Source: Nemertoderma westbladi (Eukaryota > Animalia > Xenacoelomorpha). Taken from it: DNA of 56,644 bases. The notes under the pieces were generated by a model, which was not told the origin of the DNA, did no database searches, and worked only from the letters and a program-made list of their open reading frames with translations. Numbering within the stretch: the first letter of the stretch is position 1; every line of letters starts with the position of its first letter. Where the stretch lies: the NCBI GenBank assembly GCA_032718475.1, contig JAUCBJ010006940.1, positions 1 through 56,644 of the forward strand. The letters are read 5' to 3'. A program made the position numbers and the translations under genes. Below, piece after piece: positions 1 to 12,133 of the stretch.

Positions 1-8
1 TGGAAGAT

Positions 9-899
9 TTAGATCATATTGTCGGTAAGGTAGGATTTTAAAAGATTTTTAAAAATGTGTTTAGATTTAACAATTATAATTTCTCTGGGTAGACTATTCC
101 AAAGTAATGGGCCCAACACCGAAATAGATTGGTGAGCTACGTGTAAATGTGTTAATGGAATGACAAATTTACCTAAGGCAGATGAGCGGGTGTTATAATG
201 ATGAAATTCAGATGATTTGGCAAATAGATAGGATAGTGGATGATTTGAGTTAGATGAGACGTCAAACATTAATTGGCCTAGATAGAATTTGAAGATCGAT
301 TCTAGAGGGAGAATAGTTAGAGATCGGTAGATAGGAATGGAGGAATCGCGATAGTGACTGAAGGTAATACAACGTAATATTTTATTAATTTTAATTCTGA
401 GTGGGCGAAGTGTTGTTGTGTGTGTGGAACCCCAGGCTAATATGGCATATGTTATGTACGGGTGTACTAGACAGAAGTATAATGTGCGAAGGATCTCCAG
501 TGGGAAAATGTGTCGTAATTTGTAAAAAATACCGGACGATTTGCTAATTTTGCTTAGAATGTAATTAATATGAGTCTTCCAATTTAGTTTTCTATCTAAC
601 CATACACCAAGAAATTTTGCACATTCTACTTCTTTAATATCGTTATTTTTTATTTTAACTTTTGGTAAGCTATTGTGAGTAGTTTGATTTGTAGCTATGA
701 AATATTCGGTTTTTGTTAGATTTAAGGATAGGCGGTTGTCAATTAGCCAATCAGAGATCTTATCAAGCTCAGTGTTAGTTTTAGAGATTAGTAATTCAAG
801 ATCTTTGTCGCTGTGTAGAAGTGTAGTGTCGTCCGCAAAAAGGGTAGTTAGTAAATTAGAGGCATTAGGTAGGTCATTAATGTATAATAGGAACAACAA
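9..899 (-). pseudogene. LINE ORF2 reverse transcriptase, C-terminal fragment
   Basis: GTPQGSVLSP just upstream (about 900-930), LFADD catalytic motif, FLGVWLD..LNW, CR1-like C-terminus LWNSLP. Confidence 0.9.
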
Positions 900-960
900 C
901 GGGGATAATACCGATCCTTGAGGGGTGCCACATATAAGGTCTAACGGTGGTGATGCGCAA

Positions 961-1455
961 TTATTTAAAAATACTGATTATGTACGATTTGATAAAAAAA
1001 CTTTTGATTACATTTTGAGGGTTTCCGCGAATTCCGTAAGATTCTAATTTTTTTAATAAAATTCCGTGATCCAGGGTATCAAACGCTTTTTTAAGGTCGA
1101 TATAGATCGCGCAGGCTGAGTGTTTCGAGTCAAGAATAGATCTAATTTTTTCGGTGACAGTTAAAATTGCAGACGACGTGGATATTTTTTTCCTAAAACC
1201 AAACTGACGGGATGTTAGTATTGCAAAACGATCAAGATATGTTTGAAGCTGAGAGTATATAATTTGTTCATAAATTTTGCTAAAAACGGGTAATAGGGAA
1301 ATAGGTCGATAATTATTAGGATCGAGTGGATCACCACCTTTATAGCTCGGAATTACTTTAGCAACTTTTAGGCAGTCGGGAAAGTGTCCAATAGAGATAG
1401 ATAAGTTAATCAGGTAAGTCAGATGGTGCGCAATAGGTTCAGCAATGAGTCTCAA
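961..1455 (-). pseudogene. LINE ORF2 reverse transcriptase, N-terminal fragment between two frameshifts
   Basis: NYRPISLLPVFSKIYE, QFGFR, IDLKKAFDTLDH motifs. Confidence 0.9.
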
Positions 1456-1502
1456 GAGTTTCGTTGGGAACGTATCGTTGGTAGAAGAGTTAGGATCTAA
1501 GT

Positions 1503-3308
1503 TTAGGATGAGGTAGTGGATTTCTTGAAAGTAGTGGGTATCAGAGCGAATGAGTTCGAGTGACGGTTGCGGATGTGGCGTGTAGGTGACCTTACTGAGT
1601 GGGGTATAGATCGTTCTAACTTTGGACCAATTGAGCTAAAATGATCATTTAAGATCGATGAAATTTTTACCGGATCGTTTGTAGTCTTAACGCCCTCATT
1701 GGTGATAAAATTAATTTTGGTTGGTACTGCTAATTTTTTTGATCTGTTCAAAACGGAATTAATAACTGACCAGGTTTTACGCATATTACCTCTACTTTTA
1801 TTAAATTGAGTTTCATAATATTGTTGTTCAGCCGCTTTTAATATGGTATTAAGCTTATTTTTATATTTTTTATATGACAATTCATTAAATGCCGTCGGGA
1901 CTTTAACAAATTTTTGAAATAATTGATTTTTTTTCTTAATAGATTTTATTAATAATGTGGTTATCCATGGTTTACGGGGGATTCTTTTTTTCGGTACAAT
2001 TTTTGTTGGCAGATGCTTGTTACATAATTGTTGAAAACTGGTATAAAAGTGATTAAATTTTGATTCGTTCGGAATATTTTGCGATTTGTATGAACACATT
2101 TCAGCTGATCTGAAGTCAGACATAAAGTTATTTGCATTAAATTTAGAAAAATCGTATGTTGTTATATTTTTACTTTGTTCAAAAAATGCTGAGTATTCAT
2201 GAAAGATTGCAAAAGTTGCTAAGTGGTCAGTACTGCCGTAATCCGATAGAAACACTCCTGAGCTATTAATACGTGTTGTTATATTTGTGATTATATGATC
2301 CAACGTGGAGTTGGCTCCAAACACAATGCGTGTTGGTTGTTTAATAAGCTGTGAAAATCCGAAAGAATTTAAAGTTTGCAGATATTGAGAACTTTCAGAC
2401 GTTGTTTTGTTCAGGTTTACGTTAAAATCACCAGTAATCACGACATCCACATTGAGGTTGGATATCGTAATTAAAAGTGATTCCAAAATTTCCTGAAATT
2501 TATTAAATTTAACTGAAGGAGGTCTATATATTATTCCTACTAAGAGTTGCTTATTATTTTTGGTTTTAATTTGAATCCATTTATTTTCTATTCCATCAAC
2601 TGTTAATTCGGGTTTATCAACGAATGGAATATTATCTTTGATATAGTATCCCACACCCCACCCAGAACCATGTACTCGTCCATTCGGCCGGTCTGATAGT
2701 TTCGGACCGATATATCCCTCTAGATTTAGATTAGTTAAGTTATCGTTAGCGCCTACTAGTGTTTCTGAGAATGTTAGAATATCGAATTCATGCTCTAAAG
2801 TACTTAAAATATCTGTAGTTGGTGAAAAATGTTTATTTAAACTCCTGCAGTTGAGATGAAAAATTGAAAAATTCGGTTTAGAGTCTATCAGGTGAACTTC
2901 ATCATTAAATCCCTCGTCAGTGTAGTATTCACTATATCGGGCAGTGTTTAAAAAATTAGCATCGGGGTCAATCGAATTAAATTTTGGATTTGAAAAGCTA
3001 CTGTATATATTATCGTAGCGTGATGAGCATTCAAAAATATCACAATCGTCCGTAGAAATATTTACAAAGGGGAAGATATCATTATAACAATATAAACAAT
3101 AATTGCCAGAGAATGATGCAGACCTGTATGATTCATGGAGTTCAGTGGTGGTCAGGTAGGAACAGCAGGGAAGATGGAACCAATTTTTACATAAAACGCA
3201 ATGAAATTGTATATCAGATGGGACAAACCCTGAGTAGCAGAAAGTGCACGAATGGATAGGGGAAGGGGACAAAGGACAAGGGACAGACATCGTAAAATAA
3301 CTATACAA
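1503..3308 (-). CDS. LINE ORF2 N-terminal part: PHD-like zinc finger + APE endonuclease (frameshifted relative to RT)
   Basis: CTFC...CVLCKNWFHLPC...CLYC; APE motifs HLNCRSL, FSET, IYRPP, TGDFN, PTR, LDHI, TDH; CR1-type PWIT and linker. Confidence 0.9.
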   Translation of the reverse strand: MYSYFTMSVPCPLSPSPIHSCTFCYSGFVPSDIQFHCVLCKNWFHLPCCSYLTTTELHESYRSASFSGNYCLYCYNDIFPFVNISTDDCDIFECSSRYDNIYSSFSNPKFNSIDPDANFLNTARYSEYYTDEGFNDEVHLIDSKPNFSIFHLNCRSLNKHFSPTTDILSTLEHEFDILTFSETLVGANDNLTNLNLEGYIGPKLSDRPNGRVHGSGWGVGYYIKDNIPFVDKPELTVDGIENKWIQIKTKNNKQLLVGIIYRPPSVKFNKFQEILESLLITISNLNVDVVITGDFNVNLNKTTSESSQYLQTLNSFGFSQLIKQPTRIVFGANSTLDHIITNITTRINSSGVFLSDYGSTDHLATFAIFHEYSAFFEQSKNITTYDFSKFNANNFMSDFRSAEMCSYKSQNIPNESKFNHFYTSFQQLCNKHLPTKIVPKKRIPRKPWITTLLIKSIKKKNQLFQKFVKVPTAFNELSYKKYKNKLNTILKAAEQQYYETQFNKSRGNMRKTWSVINSVLNRSKKLAVPTKINFITNEGVKTTNDPVKISSILNDHFSSIGPKLERSIPHSVRSPTRHIRNRHSNSFALIPTTFKKSTTSS

Positions 3309-3396
3309 TGTTAGAATGTAACCTGACTAACTGACTAACAACATTATTACAGTCTACATATTATCGTAAATCTTACATATAAGAACTAAGGCGATA

Positions 3397-4310
3397 TTAT
3401 CGTAATCTTAAATCATATATATCTTGAGAGATAAATGCAACCGGTACATACAGTAGTCGTAATCTTAAATCATATATATCTTGAGAGATAAATGCAACCG
3501 GTACATACAGTAGTCGTAATCTTAAATCATATATATCTTGAGAGATAAATGCAACCGGTACATACAGTAGTCGTAATCTTAAATCATATATATCTTGAGA
3601 GATAAATGCTACCGGTACATACAGTAGTCGTAATCTTAAATCATATATATCTTGAGAGATAAATGCAACCGGTACATACAGTAGTCGTAATCTTAAATCA
3701 TATATATCTTGAGAGATAAATGCAACCGGTACATACAGTAGTCGTAATCTTAAATCATATATATCTTGAGAGATAAATGCAACCGGTACATACAGTAGTC
3801 GTAATCTTAAATCATATATATCTTGAGAGATAAATGCAACCGGTACATACAGTAGTCGTAATCTTAAATCATATATATCTTGAGAGATAAATGCAACCGG
3901 TACATACAGTAGTCGTAAACTTAAATCATATATATCTTGAGAGATAAATGCAACTGGTACATACAGTAGTCGTAATCTTAAATCATATATATCTTGAGAG
4001 ATAAATGCAACCGGTACATACAGTAGTCGTAATCTTAAATCATATATATCTTGAGAGATAACTGCAACCGGTACATACAGTAGTCGTAATCTTAAATCAT
4101 ATATATCTTGAGAGATAAATGCAACCGGTACATACAGTAGTCGTAATCTTAAATCATATATATATTGAGAGATAAATGCATGTGGTACGTACAATAGGCG
4201 TAATCTTAAATCATATATATCTTGAGAGATAAATGCAACCGGTACATACAGTAGTCGTAATCTTAAATCATATATATCTTGATAAATAATCGCAACCGGT
4301 ATGTACAATG
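3397..4310. repeat. 57-bp minisatellite, about 16 copies, between LINE ORF1 and ORF2
   Basis: Unit CGTAATCTTAAATCATATATATCTTGAGAGATAAATGCAACCGGTACATACAGTAGT repeated almost perfectly. Confidence 0.97.
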
Positions 4311-4586
4311 GAACACCCCCACTGGATATACAATACAATTATCGTAAATTATCATATATCTTATATGTATTATATATATATATATTTATATATATTATAT
4401 CACGTCCAATGCGATATGTAATGGGATGTTCCGTTCATAGTATCTATTATTTCAATAATTACCATCATTATTGTCAATAAGTACCACGTATGGGTTATCA
4501 GGTTTGGGATTTGGAACAGCAACCTCCCCGGCACCGGTACCGGTACCAGGGATCGATGAACGAGGTGATCGACGGAGAGGAGGATG

Positions 4587-4714
4587 TCATCCGACCGTGC
4601 CCAAGTTGTTGGGGGCTAAGGTGGGATCGGATTCCTGAGGAACTTCGTTGCCGTTTCCCGACGACCGGTTATCGGTAACTGGAGTCACCAAAGGGCGGGA
4701 AACCCTGTCTACAT
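4587..4714 (-). pseudogene. True C-terminus of LINE ORF1, displaced by the BEL insertion
   Basis: Removing 4715-16940 gives ...VYSNSDV-DRVSRPLVTPV...LGTVG* in frame, TGA at 4589-4587. Confidence 0.75.
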
Positions 4715-5072
4715 TGTCGTGAACTCAATAAAAGTACTTAATCTTATTCACGATTTTAGTAGATTACATTTGGTGTTGGGGGGCTATTTCGTGTCGGAAA
4801 GTATTTTTATATTTTGATAGATGTATTAGGTTGTGTTGATATATTATTACTACTGTACCCCTTTTTTATTGTTGTTATCAGACTGCTATACTGCAGTACT
4901 GTCATATTGTTATCAGTGATTGGTGTAGATTGATGTAGTGCAGTAGTGCTATTATTTTTATGTACCACGGTCCTTATTACTACGGTACTAAATTTAGAAT
5001 GCAGAATTGAGATATCTAAATACTGAAACTGCTGAAATGTTTTTATATCCGAACCACTATGGGTTCGTGACA
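4715..5072 (+). repeat. 5' LTR of BEL/Pao element 1
   Basis: Direct repeat of 16578-16935; no difference seen by eye. Confidence 0.97.
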
Positions 5073-5084
5073 TGGTGCGGTGAC
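5073..5084 (+). promoter_or_regulatory. Primer binding site, tRNA-His-like
   Basis: TGGTGCGGTGAC directly after the LTR; one mismatch to the usual His PBS TGGTGCCGTGAC. Confidence 0.7.
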
Positions 5085-5587
5085 AAATTTTGAAATCCAG
5101 GACAGACCTGGAAACTGCAAGGTACAAACAGTCAGACAGTTCAGCAGTTCCGAATTTAAAAATCGCCAACTGCCGGTACCTACCCATGATAATAACATTA
5201 ATGAATACCAATCACGGCGGTCACTGGTAAGGGTAACCGGTAACGTACCTACTGTCATATACTGCAGATATAGGCTAATATGCCTGATATGATGACACAA
5301 TATGGCTGACAGTCAGATATAATTGAAATGGATACATAAAGACGGCTTAACTAGCCCTAGAAGAAGCAGCCTAATGCAGTAGGCCTAATGTTATTTCTGT
5401 TATTTAATATTGATAATGCAATTCAAATGCAATATGGAAATGGTGAGTCAAGTGATGATAGTATTATTATTATTATTGCCTACCTGCTTAGGCCTACCAC
5501 TACCGGTACCGGTACATCTACTGAACGTTTACTGGCTGCTATTGCTATCAACTGAACTTGACCGAAATTGTTAATTGTGAAAAAATG

Positions 5588-7034
5588 TCTGGGAAAATAA
5601 GACAATTAATTGGCCCATTAAAACAACGTTTGATTAAAAACGTTAATGAATGTTCAACTGTTCTAGACATTCGCATCAGATCAGGCCTAACTATAGATGA
5701 GTATAATGTGTTAAGAGAAGATATACTCAAATTAAATAATAAAATTGAAAGACAGATTGGACAACTGCAGCAATATGATACCGATTTCTTAGAACTACTT
5801 GACGATTTACCCAAAGCAGACAATGAACACGTAATTTATGAACAAACTGCTTTGGGTGATAACTGGATAAAGGCTATTTAGATATAGTAGCAATTGGTCA
5901 AGATTGTATAGATAGCTTAACTGCCAGATTAAGCACAATTGACAGAAATCAGTCATTTGCATCACAAACACCTGTTGAAATCCCCAATGCCAGTGGTAAT
6001 GTATTTTATGGTACGAGTCAGAGACCACCCGCAGATAGACATGGACATAGTTTTAGTAGAGATCATAATGCTCGCTTGCCTAAATTAGATTTACCGAAAT
6101 TTTCGGGTGTTGATATCAACAAATGGGTTGATTATTGGGCAATGTTTGAATCATGCGTGGGTTCCAGAACTGATCTCTCTAATATACAGAAATTTTCATA
6201 TTTGAAAAGTTCTCTGACTGGGAGTGCAGCCAATGTTGTAATGGGTTTTGCTTTAAATGAAGAAAGCTATATTGAAGCTATTGAATTATTGAATAAAAGG
6301 TATGGAAGCAAAACATTACAAAAAACGGCACTATAAAGAGTGGGGGTTATTGAAACTATCAAGTAAAAGAGTGTCCGCAATTAGAATTATGGTAGACACA
6401 GCACAGAGGATATTCCGCCAATTGAATGTTTTAGGTGATAATTTGTATACAAGTGAATTAGTAGCAGCAGAATTCCAAGCAAAATTGCCTGACTGTGTAA
6501 AAATTGAACTTTGGAAGGATCACAAAGTGGATGAACCATGGATTTTGGTTGATTTATTTGAATGTTTAGATAAATACCTGTTCATACAAGAGCGTCTATC
6601 TGAGAACTTTGATAATATCAGTGCTAGTAGTAGTAGTAAAGAAACCTGTGCCAGATACATTAATGCGAAGGATGACAATTTTGAGAGTGGAACAACTAGT
6701 ACAATGATGACTACTTCTACTTCCAGTGCATCTACTAGTAGCAATAAAAATTGTATACTTTGCAATGATCCTCATTATCCAGAGCAATGTACTATTTACA
6801 GGACATTGGATAGCAGATTGCAAAAATTGAAATCATCAGGACGTTGTTATCTATGTACCCAAAGAGGACATTGTGCAAGTGAGTGTCCTTATAGGGATAA
6901 TATATTCTGTTTTCATTGTAAAAAACGAAGGCATCACAATCGATGCTTATGCCCAAGAAAATTTGGTAATGGCAGTGGCAATGCGACAGGGTCTCCTAAT
7001 ATGAGAAATGCTCACAATGATTCAACAAAGAAAT
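5588..7034 (+). pseudogene. BEL/Pao gag (DUF1759 + three Cys/His knuckles), frameshifts near 5870 and 6330
   Basis: LPKLDLPKFSG..W..YW..F, QKFSYLKSSLTGSA, CILCNDPH, CYLCTQRGH..SEC, CFHCKKRRHH; continues in frame at 12134 after removing the Gypsy. Confidence 0.9.
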
Positions 7035-7252
7035 TGATATGTACTGATACGTACAATATACATGGCTCGCCCCTTATAGGACTATGTACCTAAGATACCG
7101 GTACCACGAGATAGGTGGAGGGTTTTCCCTATTGCTATGCTGTACTGATATTACACTGTAATGCTGTACTACACTTTTATATTATACGTGTCTGCCTTAT
7201 ATACTATTGATATTTATATTATTGGGGATATTCCGATAGTGCAGACATACCA
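7035..7252 (+). repeat. 5' LTR of Gypsy element
   Basis: TGATATG...CATACCA; one substitution seen versus 3' LTR. Confidence 0.96.
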
Positions 7253-7336
7253 TGGCGCTGCGAGTAGTTAAACTCATAACACGCATTTAGCATTTAAAGT
7301 GTAGCCAAAAGCAACCGCCTGAACGCCAACCCAAAA

Positions 7337-9652
7337 ATGTCACTACCAACTGAGGATGACACCCTCAACCTCGATACTTCATCCGTTGACAAACTCGATA
7401 GGAATACGCTAAAAGCTCATCTCACCAACGCTGAGATCACGTTTAGCGATAAAACTTCGACAGTTGCCCTGAAACAGAAACTGCGGAAATTCCTAGAGGA
7501 GGGCGACATAGAAGAAGAGGTGGTAGAATCAGTTGCAGGAGCAGCACACGGAATAGATGTAGCAGCTCTGCTCCACCAGCAACAGCAGCTGATTAACGAC
7601 CAACGTGAACAGCAACTACGGATGTTCACTCAACTGCAAGGGTTGCAAATACAACAGGAGGAACAACACGCCCGGTTTATGGAAACTCTCAGTGCTGGCG
7701 ACACTTCTCGCCAACGCGACCGGAACATCGATACCGTCGCTCCACGCGTCAACGAACGTGAAACAACTAAACTCACGGTACGCGCACCAAACCTATTGGA
7801 GGACAACGTCGACTTCAAGGAGTTTAAAAGGTGGGAGGCCACTTGGCGAAATTATTCCCGGGTCACGAAACTCGATAATAAAATCAGAGAGGATCAACTA
7901 GCAACCTTCTTCTCATACTGCAGTCCGGATTTTTTGAACCGATTGCAGTATGCCATTAGTATCCCGCAGGATACCACATCGTCAATGGAGGAAATCCTTA
8001 CGATCATACGAAATCACCTGCGAGCCCAACAAAATATAACGGTGGACCGTTATAAACTCGTCCGTAAACGTCAGGATGATAAAGAATCCTTTGACGACTT
8101 CTATATTAGTTTGTGCGAGATGGCAGATGACGCGATTCTTGAGAGCATGGCAAAGGATGATTGGTTATCAACTCTCATAATTTGCCGTATAGAAGACAAC
8201 GAAACTCGGTTGGAGTTGCTCGCAAAGAAACCTACGCTAACACGCGAAGAAATCGTAGATTTTTGCCGCAATAAAGAACTGGCTATGAAAGACGACCAAC
8301 GACTAAAGCAAAACGTCGGCGCGGTTTATCCAAAATCCCGCCCCCATAGTCGCGGTCGCCCTCGCCAGAAAAAATCTGCTGATCCTAAGGAGAAACAACC
8401 TCGCCGCAACTCCCAACTTCCTCCCAATGTTTGCTACAAATGTGGCGGTACCTGGCCCCACAACAGCAGCAAACCGTGTGCCGCCAAGGGTAAAACGTGC
8501 TCCAACTGCAATCGTAATGGCCACCTAGCCGACGTGTGTCGTAATCCAAAAGAGAAACAGACGCCGAAACGAACTGGAGCAATAATCCTGGCTGCATTCA
8601 AGGAGGCGGCCTACACATCGAGGCCCCTTATATCCATAGACTTCCATGATACTCAGGGCGAATACATAGCGACTAAAGCCTGCATAGCAGATACAGGGGC
8701 TCAGGTTACAGTTGCCGGAATACAACTGTTAAAACGGTTCGGTATAATGAGGGATAAACTCCAACCAACGGAAGTAAACCTCCAGAGTGCGGATAGTTCA
8801 TCCATACATTGTCTCGGGTCCATAGACTTTATTCTTTGTTCGAAACCATCCTCTGACTCTCATACCGAAACCATATACATTTGTGATAAAATGAAGAGAG
8901 ATGTCTTCCTCTCCCTAGCAGCTTGTAAGGGACTACACATCGTACATGACCTGTTCCCCGCCCCCCTCCCAAATCAATACAGAGTTGGTGCTGTGAAGGA
9001 AGTCCTACCGACGACAGATATAAAACTCGCAGAGAAAACGGAAAAAAAACTCATAGAAGAATTTTCCGACGTTTTCGCTATCCCTTCAGAGTTGAGGACG
9101 ATGAACGGCCCACCGATGAAAATCGAACTGAGGGAGGACGCAACCCCGTTTTGCATCTACGCTGCTCGGAATATTCCGCTCGCCTACAGAGAAAAGGCGC
9201 GCATTGAAATCGAGGATATGCTTACAAAAGGTATAATCGAACGTGTCGGGGATCGAGCTGTTCCTTGGTGTCATCCGATTGTCGTATGCCCGAAACCCGG
9301 CAACCCAGAGGAAATTCGGATGACCGTCGACTTGACGAAACTCAATAACCAAGTGAAACGGACAATTCATAACGCGCGTACGCCATCCGATATTATGATG
9401 GACCGCACACCAAACGCTCGCTGGTTCACCAAACTCGACGCCAAATCGGGTTATTGGCAGGTGGAGCTGGCGGAGGAGTCGCGCGACCTTACCACATTCC
9501 TAACGCCTTGGGGGCGCTACCGATACGCCAGGGCCCCTATGGGATTCATTTCCACTGGAGACTCGTATAACTACCGTGGCGACCTAGCTCTGGACGGTAT
9601 ACCTAACGTTAAGAAACTCGTGGATGATATACTCATAGAGATGAATCCCTAG
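7337..9652 (+). CDS. Gypsy gag-protease-RT (frameshift just after the RT active site)
   Basis: CYKCG..H..C and CSNCNRNGHLADVC knuckles, IADTGAQVT protease, KLDAKSGYWQ, PMG, LVDD. Confidence 0.93.
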   Translation: MSLPTEDDTLNLDTSSVDKLDRNTLKAHLTNAEITFSDKTSTVALKQKLRKFLEEGDIEEEVVESVAGAAHGIDVAALLHQQQQLINDQREQQLRMFTQLQGLQIQQEEQHARFMETLSAGDTSRQRDRNIDTVAPRVNERETTKLTVRAPNLLEDNVDFKEFKRWEATWRNYSRVTKLDNKIREDQLATFFSYCSPDFLNRLQYAISIPQDTTSSMEEILTIIRNHLRAQQNITVDRYKLVRKRQDDKESFDDFYISLCEMADDAILESMAKDDWLSTLIICRIEDNETRLELLAKKPTLTREEIVDFCRNKELAMKDDQRLKQNVGAVYPKSRPHSRGRPRQKKSADPKEKQPRRNSQLPPNVCYKCGGTWPHNSSKPCAAKGKTCSNCNRNGHLADVCRNPKEKQTPKRTGAIILAAFKEAAYTSRPLISIDFHDTQGEYIATKACIADTGAQVTVAGIQLLKRFGIMRDKLQPTEVNLQSADSSSIHCLGSIDFILCSKPSSDSHTETIYICDKMKRDVFLSLAACKGLHIVHDLFPAPLPNQYRVGAVKEVLPTTDIKLAEKTEKKLIEEFSDVFAIPSELRTMNGPPMKIELREDATPFCIYAARNIPLAYREKARIEIEDMLTKGIIERVGDRAVPWCHPIVVCPKPGNPEEIRMTVDLTKLNNQVKRTIHNARTPSDIMMDRTPNARWFTKLDAKSGYWQVELAEESRDLTTFLTPWGRYRYARAPMGFISTGDSYNYRGDLALDGIPNVKKLVDDILIEMNP

Positions 9653-9689
9653 AAGAACACATCGATCGCGTCCGCACTATATTGGAGCG

Positions 9690-11882
9690 TTGTCGCACCC
9701 ACGGAATAACTCTGAACCGCAAAAAGTTTCAGTTCGCGGTTTTATACTTTCCAGCGCCGGAGTAGAGGCCGATCCGGAGAAAATCCGCGCAATCGTTGAC
9801 TTTCCTACTCCCACGAATATAACAGAGTTGAGAAGCTTCATGGGTCTCACCAACCAGCTGGGATGTTTCTCCTCAGCCGTGAGCTCAGCCGCAATTCCTC
9901 TGCGTGAATTATTGCGCACTAGAAATAGTTTCACCTGGACAACCATGCAGGATAATGCATTTAAAGAGGTTAAACTCGCGTTAACGAGTCCCCCTGTCTT
10001 AGCCCCATTCGAACTCCAGGCCGAAACGCGCCTTGAAACAGACGCCAGTCGGTTACAAGGTCTGGGTTTTAATTTAATGCAAAAACAACAAAATGAATGG
10101 AAATTAATCATGTGTGGTAGTCGATTTTTAACGAGTGCGGAAAGTCGATATGCAACTATAGAACTCGAAACCATTGCAATAAAGTTTGGTTTGGAGAAAT
10201 GCCGCATATATCTGGCTGGCATTGAACCTTTTAAAGTAATTACTGACCACCGCCCACTCGTTTCTATTTTTAACAAACATACACTGGGTCAAGTTGAGAA
10301 TAACAAAATACAGCGTATAAAAGCTGAGTTGCAGTCAAATTATCAATTTGATGTAGAATGGCGGCAAGGTGAGAAAAATCGCATTGCCGACGGTTTAAGC
10401 CGTGCCCCAGTTGATAATCCAGAGGATGTAATCGAGGATGAGATGGATAACACCTCAACTTTGGCTGCAATTTCCTCTGCATTACAATCCCATCAAAATA
10501 GTATGCAAAATACTACCTTACAGTGTGGCTCGCCCCATATCCCTTCTACTGATGACCCTGTCATAGAAGAGATCCGGGCTGCAGCATTAGTGGACCCTGA
10601 CTACCAATCCCTTGTGTGTGAAATTCTTCAGGGACCTACAAATAAAAATACTGTGTCCAGCCTGACACAACAGTGTAAATCTATTATCCACGAAATGTCC
10701 GTCGAAAATTGACTGCTTTTATTTGGTGTACAATTAGTCATCCCGAAATCAAAACGAAACCTCGTTCTAAAACGTTTACACGCCCCACATCAGGGTATAG
10801 TACGTACCAAACAACGAGCTCGCGAAGTCGTTTTTTGGCCCGGGATAAATAAGGACATTGCCAAACTCGTTGGGGGCTGCGAGCAATGCCAACAGCGCCA
10901 ACGCAGCCTACCTAAGGAGAAACTAATAACGGACCTTCCCCCAGACAGACCATTTCAGTGGGTATCTGCGGATTTATTCACTACTGCTGGACGCAAATAC
11001 TTAGTTTATACAGATATGTTGTCAGGCTACCCTGTAGTAGCCCAATGGCGAAACGACCCCTCATCACGGCAGGTCGCCGCTGTTGTCCGTCATTTCTTTG
11101 CCGACTTCGGAGTTCCAACTCACATGCGGACAGACAACGGACCACAATTCGCCGCAAAACATTTTAAAAATTTTCTAGAACACTGGGGAGTAAAATGGGC
11201 ACCAAGTAGTCCCCATTTTCCTTCCAGTAATGGCCACGCGGAATGTAATGTTAACATAATAAAATCTATGCTAGCGAAGTTGCCCACACAGGATATTACT
11301 TCTGAGAACTTCCAGGAAGCTATTCTAGAATTACGCAATACCCCGCGTTTCGACGGCCGTTCTCCCAACGAGATTGTGTTCGGTCACAATCTACGGTCAC
11401 GAGTGCCAGCTCACCATACTACATACGATCCTAAATGGCGCGATGCTGCTGAAGAAGCAGACAACAAACACAGCATTATTCGTAAGAAGGCGATAGACCA
11501 CTATAATAGCACTGCGCGAAACCTAAAACCATTGCCCGTTGATACCAAAGTGCGCCTACAAAACGCCCGCACCAGACATTGGGACCGCACCGGAATTATA
11601 ACCAGCCGGCAAGGAGCGCGTGACTATTGGATAAAACTCCCATCTGGGCGCGCAATGCGGAGAAACCGACGTTTCATACGACAATTCAACGAGCCGCGAG
11701 AACTTGGAAACGACTTGCAAACCGGTGACTTCGAAACTGAAAGTATATCTGATACAAACGTTGAAACTGAAGCAAGTAATAACCACTCAGAAGAAACTGA
11801 AAGCAATTTACTATGCCGCAGTACACGCTCACGTAAACCCATTGTGCGATTCGATGAACGGGTTTACGAAACAAGATTTTAA
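9690..11882 (+). pseudogene. Gypsy RNase H + integrase, with in-frame TGA at 10710-10712
   Basis: ETDAS, YATIELE, TDHRPL, ADGLSR; LHAPHQG..C..C; TDNGPQF, SNGHAE; frame continues through the single stop. Confidence 0.92.
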
Positions 11883-11915
11883 ATTGAAAAACATTAAAAA
11901 TCTAAAAGGGGGAGT

Positions 11916-12133
11916 TGATATGTACTGATACGTACAATATACATGGCTCGCCCCTTATAGGACTATGTACCTAAGATACCGGTACCACGAGATAGGTGGA
12001 GGGTTTTCCCTATTGCTATGCTGTACTGATATTACACTGTACTGCTGTACTACACTTTTATATTATACGTGTCTGCCTTATATACTATTGATATTTATAT
12101 TATTGGGGATATTCCGATAGTGCAGACATACCA
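11916..12133 (+). repeat. 3' LTR of Gypsy element
   Basis: Direct repeat of 7035-7252 after PPT. Confidence 0.96.

Larger units (their letters stand above)
7035..12133 (+). mobile_element. Ty3/Gypsy LTR retrotransposon, Mag-like lineage, nested in BEL gag
   Basis: 218-bp LTRs, TSD GAAAT (7030-7034, 12134-12138), PBS TGGCGCTGCGAG (tRNA-Ser-like), PPT AAAAGGGGGAG, double zinc knuckle. Confidence 0.96.

Noticed and set aside
3397-4338. 313-aa repeat ORF as an independent gene
   Set aside because: Non-ATG start and wholly derived from the minisatellite; kept only as an observation.
12069-12133. Listed start of the 1511-aa ORF
   Set aside because: Lies in the Gypsy 3' LTR; the real frame continues from BEL gag at 7034.
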